In this document: in pieces, positions 55,862 through 64,000 of the stretch
Layout: the number at the start of each line of letters is the position of its first letter
How positions within the stretch are numbered: the stretch's first letter is position 1
Source of the DNA: Octopus vulgaris
Lineage: Eukaryota
Direction of reading: 5' to 3'
DNA: 64,000 bases
NCBI GenBank assembly: GCA_951406725.2
Contig: OX597817.1
Span: 70,742,001-70,806,000 of the forward strand
Translations under genes and position numbers: made by a program
The notes under the pieces: model-generated
What the model saw: the letters and a program-made list of their open reading frames with translations, nothing else
Told to the model about the DNA's origin: nothing
Database searches by the model: none

Positions 55862-58800
55862 AACTTAGATATGTTTCGACCAAAGATTGGTCCAGGCCAG
55901 GTCTAACTTAATAGCACCACCTGATAGGATTATTTGAATCCTGTTTAAGTCAAGTTTTGTTTATGGTCCATTCAAGTAGTGAGTTTTTGTTGGGTGAGTT
56001 GTATCCAATTATGGGTGGCTTATCTGGTATTCTTTGAAGGAATCTATCCAGACTCCGTTTAAAGTTGATGGGATCCTTTTCCTCTTTGATCTCTTTCGGG
56101 ACAATGTTAAATAGGGCAGGGCCTGTTGAGGAAAAGAAATTATGTTGCAGTGTACATGTATGCTGTGATCTTGAATTGGGCAGGGGTCGTATGGCCCGTG
56201 GTCCCAGTCTTGGATGAACCTTGAAGCTAATGTTCAGGTCGTTTGGGCAAAGTTGGCGGTATATTCTCCACATCGCACAAATGATGTACCGCTCACGGCG
56301 ACGCTGGAGAGGGTAGAGTTTCAAGGCTTTAAGGCGATCCCAATAATCGAGAGCAGCCATGCCTTCAATTCGTTTAGTGAGTGCCCTCCGGGGTGATTCA
56401 ATCCTCTAGATGTTTTGTTTTATATGGGGAGACCACAGTGGGCAGCAGTATTCGAGGTGTGGCCGTACAAATGAGGAGAAAAGTGGTATGATGACATCTT
56501 GTTCTCTGGACCGGAAAGTTCTTAAGATCCAGGAACTCATCCTACGAGCTATATCGACCTTATTGTTGATGTGTGCACTCCAACTGAGATCGTCATCAAC
56601 AATTACACCCAGGTCTCTGATATTGTTAGAGGCTGTGAGCGGTTCCCCTGAAGGAAGAGAGTATGGCTGTTTTAGTGAGGAATTTCTTCCAAAATGCATC
56701 AGCTCAAATTTTCCCTCGTTCAGTTGCATTTTGTTTCTGTCTGCCCATTGACTCACAGCATATAGATCAGACTGGAGTTGAGTTCGGTCTGCTTCTTCAT
56801 TGACGATTTGCTGGAGCTTAGTGTCATCAGCAAATATTTTCACTTTGCAGTAATGTACGACATTGGAAAGGTCGTTTATGTAAATTATGAAGAGTAGCGG
56901 ACCCAAGACAGTCCCCTGGGGGACACCGCTGGTGACTTGTGCTGGGCTTGTGTGGACTCCATCAACTACAACATGTTGTGTTCTATTTGCCCGGAAATAC
57001 TTAATCCAGTGTAGAATCCACGGATTCCAACTTTTGTCAATTTTGAGAGTAGGATATTATGGTCTACCCTGTCGAACGCTTTACTAGTGACATCAGAGAT
57101 CGAACCTGTTCCCAAGGCTTTGAGTACATCTTCAATGTGGTGTAAGAGCTGTGTTAGACAGTCCCTTCCACAGCGAAAACCATGCTGATTTGCATTTAGG
57201 AGTTTGTGGGTCTCCAGGAAGTCAGCTATCCTTGATCTTAACACTCTTTCAAACACTTTAATGATGTGGGAGGTGAGTGAGATTGGGCGATAGTTGAGTG
57301 CGAGGGATCTGTTTCCCTGTTTGAAAACCGGGATGACTGACTGGGATAGAAACTGTTTCGGTATATAACCTGCTCTAACGAATTTCTCCAGAGGTTGGTC
57401 AGAGGGACTGCAAGTTGGTGTCTACATTCCTTCAGGAGACTAGCGGGGAATCTATCAGGGCCTACAGCAGAGTAGTATTTGACCTCATTTATTGCTGCTA
57501 TGATGTCAGTGGCAGTGAAGGTTATGTCTGAGATTTTATGCTGGGAGTCAACTTCGTTCGCTTCTCTTACGTCAATATCAGTGGGAACACTAAAGACAGA
57601 GCAGTATTGTTTTTGCAGTATTTCTGCCATTTCTTTAGCATCGTGTTGGGGAATGCTGTTATCATCAATCAATGGTCCAATGGGTGAGACAGTGGTTCTA
57701 TGCTTATTTGCATAAGAGTAGAACACTTTTGGGTTCTGTTTGATGTTTTTGATTACCCACTGTTCCTCCACAGCTCTTTGATTTTCAATGGAGGTTTTCA
57801 TGTCGGTCTGCAGATGAAGTTTTTCCAGCTCTAGCCTTTTCATTGTTGTTGAATGTGGATGTTGTATGTGGGAATATTTTAATTGGTTGATGTTTTTGTT
57901 GAATCTTTTGATGCGCCTGATGAGTGTTTTTTTCTTTTTAGGGAGCCGGTTTCTGTTTGTGTTAGTAGATTTCGTGGGAGCGTGTTTAGAGCATGTATAG
58001 GTGACAATGTTTTCAAAGTGCTGCCATGCGATCTCAATATGGGTGGAATTGAGAGTAAAAGACCAATCGATGAAAGACAGATCCTTTCTGATTGCTCCCC
58101 AGTCCGCTTTGTGGAAATTTATGTTGTCAAATGAGTGCCATGGAGTGGGATTGGCTGGTTTGGTTTTTATATGTCGGGAATTAAAATTGCAGAGTACCAT
58201 GTTGTGGTCTGAGAGGAGAGTTTTTTCAACTGAAATACTGTGAACGAAGCTAGAGTGATTGGTCAATACCAGATCCAAGATCGTTTTATTCTGTCTCGTT
58301 GGTTCGAGCACTAGCTGAGTCAGGAAGTATTCATCCATTAGATTAAAGAGCAGTTCTGCTGCTGCTCTATCTGATGTAGAGTATTTGCCTGACTTCAGGG
58401 TATTTGTGGGCCAGTTCACATGAGGGAGGTTAAAATCACCCATCACTAGTATGTTTCCGGAGTTGTACTTCCGAAGGAAGGACTTGACTTTGCTAAGGCA
58501 CTCTTCAAAGCACTTTAGAGGTGCTTGGGAAGGCCTGTAAAGACCAACAATGATTATGGCCTTGCTGAATAGTGATACAGATTCACAATAGCCATTGGAA
58601 AATATGTCCTTGGCATCAAGTGAAAAGGAGTCAAGGATAAAGATGGCTGTCCCTCCCTTATTTCGGTCTGTGCGATCCGCACGAACAATGGTGAAATCTT
58701 TTATTTTCACCTCGGCGTCCATATGGGTGTTGTTCAGGTGAGTTTCGGTAAGGATAAAGAAAGGGAAGCAATGTGCCGTTTCGGCAAGCCAACTCTCTAT

Positions 58801-59075
58801 TTATGGGATCTTCCATTTTTGGGCAATAATTGATGGGTTGATGCCACGTACATTTAACAGGAATGTCGAGGTAAGGGAAGTTTGATGTTTTCATTGTTCT
58901 AAGTTATGTTTTATGTTGTTCAGTGGTAACAATGTGGGTAGTTCTTGTATGGAGCTGTGTGTGTATGATTTTCTTGTTGGTAGTGGGTGTCTGGTCCTTG
59001 TGATTTGCATAGGTGATTGCTGATAGCTCGTTGGATCTCCTGGCTTAGGTCGGCCTACATATTTTCTAGGTAAGT
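55862..59075 (-). mobile_element. CR1-group LINE, near-complete ORF2 (APE plus RT) with frameshifts
   Basis: APE motifs (LTETHL, GDFNLPHVNW, LDLVLTN, LSDH) in 57238-58722; RT QHGFR, KAFDRVDH, GPLLFIIYINDL, FADDTK, RPHLEYC; flanked by TA-rich tracts on both sides. Confidence 0.95.
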
Positions 59076-59078
59076 CAG

Positions 59079-59129
<51 letters not shown>

Positions 59130-59812
59130 CACATATCCATAGAATTGACATATGTATACGAATTCGTATATGTGTGTGTGTGTATGTGTGTGTGTGAGTA
59201 TTTTCTATTTATGCGTCTTTAGTGTTAATATATATAATCGAAAACTAGTAACAACAGAAAGAAGTCTTGTGTATTGGTATTTAGAAATCTATAAGTTCAA
59301 TGAATTTCGGTAACTTTCTTAAAAAGTTTTACGCTCTAGGGACCATGCCTACAGCCTTTTCAAGTCCTTCTAGTGTGCTAATGTTGATGATACTGATGGA
59401 ACTTGAATGTTTAGAATGAAATACCTACCAATCGGTAAAATAGCAAGGAAGGAAGAACTTCCAAAGGTTCCGAGGGAAGAGATTTGAAAGTTTAAATGAG
59501 AAATGAGAAATATTTTTGTGCTGGTAGTCCACATTAATAAAAGAAAAAGTATACTGTTAAATCGATTAATTTGTAGAAATAATAATTCACAAAAAGCGTA
59601 ACTGAATGTAACAAAGGTGTACCAGAATAAGCACCTTCCACCGCAACCAATATTGAAAGAAAAAAATAGTTCTTCGAATTTCTACATTCTATATGCAATT
59701 GTAATTACTTTCTTTACATAAGTAATTTCAGTGTAGATAAAGAAATATAGGTAGGTGTTTCTGAAATTCACTATTGGCTGTATTCTGGTTAATAATGCAG
59801 TTATTAAATATT

Positions 59813-60217
59813 ATTTTCTACTCTAGGTATAGGGTCCGAAATTTGGGGGAGGGGCCAATCGATTAGATCGAGTGCAGTACGCAAGTGGTATTTAAATTAT
59901 CGACCCGAAGGGATGGATGAAAGGCAAAGTCGACCTCGGCAGAATTTGAACTCAGAACGTAAAGACAGACGAAATACCTATTTCTATTTCTTTACTACCC
60001 ACAAGGGGCTACACACAGAGGGGACGAACAAAGACAGACAAACGGATTAAGTCGATTATATCGACCCCAGTGCGTAACTGGTACTTAATTTATCGACCCC
60101 GAAAGGATGAAAGGCAAAGTCGACCTCAGCGGAATTTGAACTAAGAACGTAGCGGCAGACGAAATGCCGCTAAGCATTTCGCCCGGCGTGCTAACGTTTT
60201 CTGCCAGCTCGCTGCCT
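59813..60217 (-). mobile_element. SINE family M, dimeric form
   Basis: Same internal junction (...TAAAGAAATA|GGTATTTCGTCTG) as 14076-14476. Confidence 0.88.
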
Positions 60218-60321
60218 TGCAGTTATTAAATATTGTAGTTATTTGTATTATAGTTGGTGTTGTTAGTGTTATAGTTGGAATTATATTTGTCTTTCTTATT
60301 GTAAAATTGTTCATAGTATTA

Positions 60322-60713
60322 AAGGGGGGAAGCACTCCGTCGGTTACGACGATGAGGGTTCCGGTTGATCCGAATCAACGGAACAGCCTGCTCGTGAAAT
60401 TAACATGTAAGTGGCTGAGCACTCCACAGACACGTGCACCCTTAACGTAGTTCTCGGGGATATTCAGCGTGACACAGAGGGTGACAAGGCCGGCCCCTTG
60501 AAATACAGGTACAACAGAAACAGGAAGTAAGAGTGAGAGAAAGTTGCGGGGGAAAGAGTACAGCAGTGATCACCACCATCCCCTGCCGGAGCCTCGTGGA
60601 GCTTTTAGGTGTTTTCGCTCAATAAACACTCACAATGCCCGGTCTGGGAATCGAAACCGCGATCCTATGACCGCGAGTCCACTGCCCTAACCACTGGGCC
60701 ATTGCGCCTCCAC
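60322..60713 (-). mobile_element. OR-type SINE, full length
   Basis: 13-bp TSD GTTCATAGTATTA. Confidence 0.92.
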
Positions 60714-60752
60714 GTTCATAGTATTATTGCTGTTATTGAAGAGGTTAATATG

Positions 60753-60790
<38 letters not shown>

Positions 60791-61116
60791 TTTTGTTAGT
60801 GTTTTAGTTGTTGTTATCTTTACTGTAGTAGTTCTTGCTCCAAGTTGTGAATTTGGTAGAGTCGTTAGCGTGCCGAATATTCGAATGCTTTGCATTATTC
60901 ACTTCAGCTTTTCTCCTCTCTGAATTCAAATCCTACTGATATCAAATTTGCCGCTCAAGTCGTCGAACTCGATAGATAAAATTACTAGTTTTGTCCAGTC
61001 TTCGAGTCAATTCTCCTCTCTCCATTCTCTTGAAGGAATCCATAGTGGTCTCGCATGCACATAAATTTATGCAAGTAAACATCTTTGTATGTATGTATAC
61101 ATATATATTTCTACAT

Positions 61117-61158
<42 letters not shown>

Positions 61159-61161
61159 CAC

Positions 61162-61192
<31 letters not shown>

Positions 61193-61390
61193 AAAGTATA
61201 CATATTTCTTATACAATATATACATATGTATGTATGTACGTACGTATGTATGTATGTATGTATGTATGTATGTATGTATGTATGTATGTATGTATGTCCT
61301 TGTTTGTCCTCTCTATGTTTAGCCCCTTGTGGGTAGTAAAGAAATATATATATACATACAAAAGTATAGATATCTTTATATACAATATAT

Positions 61391-61438
<48 letters not shown>

Positions 61439-61459
61439 ATACATGTATGTATGCATGTG

Positions 61460-61502
<43 letters not shown>

Positions 61503-62083
61503 GTACGTATGTGTCAAAGGAGCTCATGTTCGTCTAACGAGTAGACAGATATCATGTATACATATATGTATGCATACATATGCGCAAATGTACAATACAT
61601 ACATAAAGAAAGAGAGAGAGAGAGAGAGAGAAAGAGAGGGAGGGAGAAACAGAGAGAGGTAAAGAGAGCGAGAGAAAGAGAAAGATAGAGAGATAATCAT
61701 TGATTAACTCTATATCACTTGTTATTGATTACAAACGTAATTATACTAACAATTAACCTGTCTTTCTGAGCTGCACGGTGCCCATTATCTCTTGTTTCGG
61801 GAGCATGAAGGATGTGAGAGAGATCTGCTTCTGTAAAAAGCAGATTTGCTTCTGTAAAAAGTCAGTTTATCGCAGATATTTATATTTCCATGATAACAAT
61901 TCATCGTCAGTTACACCGACCTGTGATCTTTTAACACCGTTTTCTGAAGTGCTATGTGGATGAGAAACACATTTGTAATCGAATAAGACGCTAGTCTACC
62001 GTAGTAAACTATTTCCCTATGACAGAAATTTATTCGTACTACATTGATTTGCAGTGTAGTTTCCTTTTTGTCAATCTCTATAC

Positions 62084-62439
62084 CAGGCATTGGCAAACCT
62101 GAGTAAATTATCCCAAGTGGGGTAAAAATTAAATTCTTGTGGGTAATGAGGACTCATTAGATATAAGTAAAATTACATAAAAAATAAAACGTGCTCCTTG
62201 TTACGAAAGAAAATTTTCTTCTGGTAACATTGCATCTGTCCAATGTTATGGGCGCGTAGACAGATTCGTATAAATAGATTCAATAAAATAGATTCAGTAA
62301 AATAGATTTAATAAACCTTTTGAATTCAAAGAATCTATAATTTTCTTCCTTTCAAATCAAGGGGATAACATCATCAAGGGGGTAACATTTTGCAACCAAT
62401 TACTTTGGGGTTATTGGTTACAAAATTTACCCAACCCCT
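62084..62439. mobile_element. hAT-type MITE
   Basis: 8-bp TSD CTCTATAC; degenerate TIRs CAGGCATTGGCAAA / TTTACCCAACCCCT. Confidence 0.65.
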
Positions 62440-62803
62440 CTCTATACTCTGCTGCGTGCGTTTCGCAAGTGAGTTTGGGTGTATGTACGTGTGTAATATG
62501 TATACACACACACACATACACACACACACACACACACACAATTTGAATGATGCGTTTTCAGTTAACAGGCACAAGTAATTGCTCCTCGTCATTTATATTA
62601 TCTCTCATTCTGCTCTATACTCGTCTAACGCATTTCTCTGAAGTATATTGAGTTCTAAGTACATACATACATACATACATACATACATACATACATACAT
62701 ACATACATACATACATACATAATACCTACATACATTCGAACATGCATATATATATACTAACAGACAGATAGACAGACATAGACAAACTTACAGACAAACA
62801 GAG

Positions 62804-62887
<84 letters not shown>

Positions 62888-62890
62888 TTA

Positions 62891-63124
62891 CAGGACTGGC
62901 AAAAACTCACCTGACAGTAAATCAAAACCATTTAATTCCAAGATTTATTTATGTATAACAACTGAATGAATTTTAATAAAAGCATCTAAATATGAAACAT
63001 CATTAAAATTGTTCAAACTGAAGTCCTTCTTGAGTTACACATTTTTCCATTCGAGTCAATGCAGAATTACAGATAGTATTTATGGAATATTTATTTGATG
63101 TCGGGTGATTTTCGGCCAACCCTG
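62891..63124. mobile_element. Tc1/mariner MITE
   Basis: TA flanks; TIRs CAGGACTGGCAAAAACTCACCTGACA / TGTCGGGTGATTTTCGGCCAACCCTG. Confidence 0.7.
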
Positions 63125-63242
63125 TACATCTATGTATGTATGTATGTATGTATGTATGTATGTATGTATGTATGTATGTATGTATGTATGTATGTATGTA
63201 TGTATGTATGTATGTATGTATGTATGTATGTATGTATGTATG

Positions 63243-63283
<41 letters not shown>

Positions 63284-63320
63284 GTTTGTCTGTCAGTTTG
63301 TCTGTCTGTTCGTATGTATG

Positions 63321-63413
<93 letters not shown>

Positions 63414-64000
63414 ATATATATATATGTATGTATGTTCGTATGTATGGATATATGTATGTATGTATATCTTTCAAACTTTCAGTTCTGTCAATTTCAGTTC
63501 CTATGAACCCCAGTGTTCTAAGTGTCATGAATTCTTAAAGGAGTTAATTCGATAGAATAGAATAAAATTGAGTTGCTATTTCTAGCTTGCGGATCGACTG
63601 TCTAGAAACTCCCTTACTGACTCGAGAGAAACCAATATTTTTTGGTGTAGTGTGCTATCTTCGGCTGAATGCCACACATGCTGCTTTGGTATGGATCAAA
63701 TTTCAGCATATGTTTTCTACATCAAAACCAATGATGACATAGAAATTCGAGTGTAAAGTGCCAAAAACAACATGGAATTCATCTGTTCTACCTGATGAAT
63801 AACAGAAAATCTATTGTATCTGCTTCCAATATTCTTATTTTCTTGGTTTTTGCTCCTTTTTATAATTAGAAAAGTAGGAGAGAATTATATTCGAAACAGT
63901 AGCGGGTTTTTTGTGAATTGTAGATATGTATGACATTGGAACATTGGAACACTATTTTTTTCAACTAGGTAAGAAAAGATTTATGTTGTGTAATGTTTAA

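Noticed and set aside
63790-63815. CTGATGA...GAAA
   Set aside because: No stem II or stem I pairing; a chance match.

Overview
AT-rich, microsatellite-saturated, non-coding eukaryotic DNA. The SINE families and repeat landscape point to a coleoid cephalopod, most likely Octopus (inference). No intact host gene is supportable, and almost all listed ORFs are microsatellite translations. The window holds decayed retroelements (RTE, Tx1/L1, CR1-group, R4/Dong-like, two Penelope-like RT remnants), mariner deletion derivatives, Tc1/pogo and hAT MITEs, non-autonomous Helitrons, a truncated U2 snRNA copy and many modular tRNA-derived SINEs. The most interesting signal is a set of short non-coding elements abutting microsatellites, often as inverted pairs, that carry minimal type-I hammerhead ribozyme motifs with palindromic stem III. 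One (4590-5692) fuses a tRNA-like head, an (AAT)n linker and a hammerhead body, a candidate Penelope-mobilised ribozyme SINE. A second SINE family appears to share its 3' tail with the Tx1/L1 element in the same window. Coordinates were read by eye; boundaries of degenerate elements are approximate.
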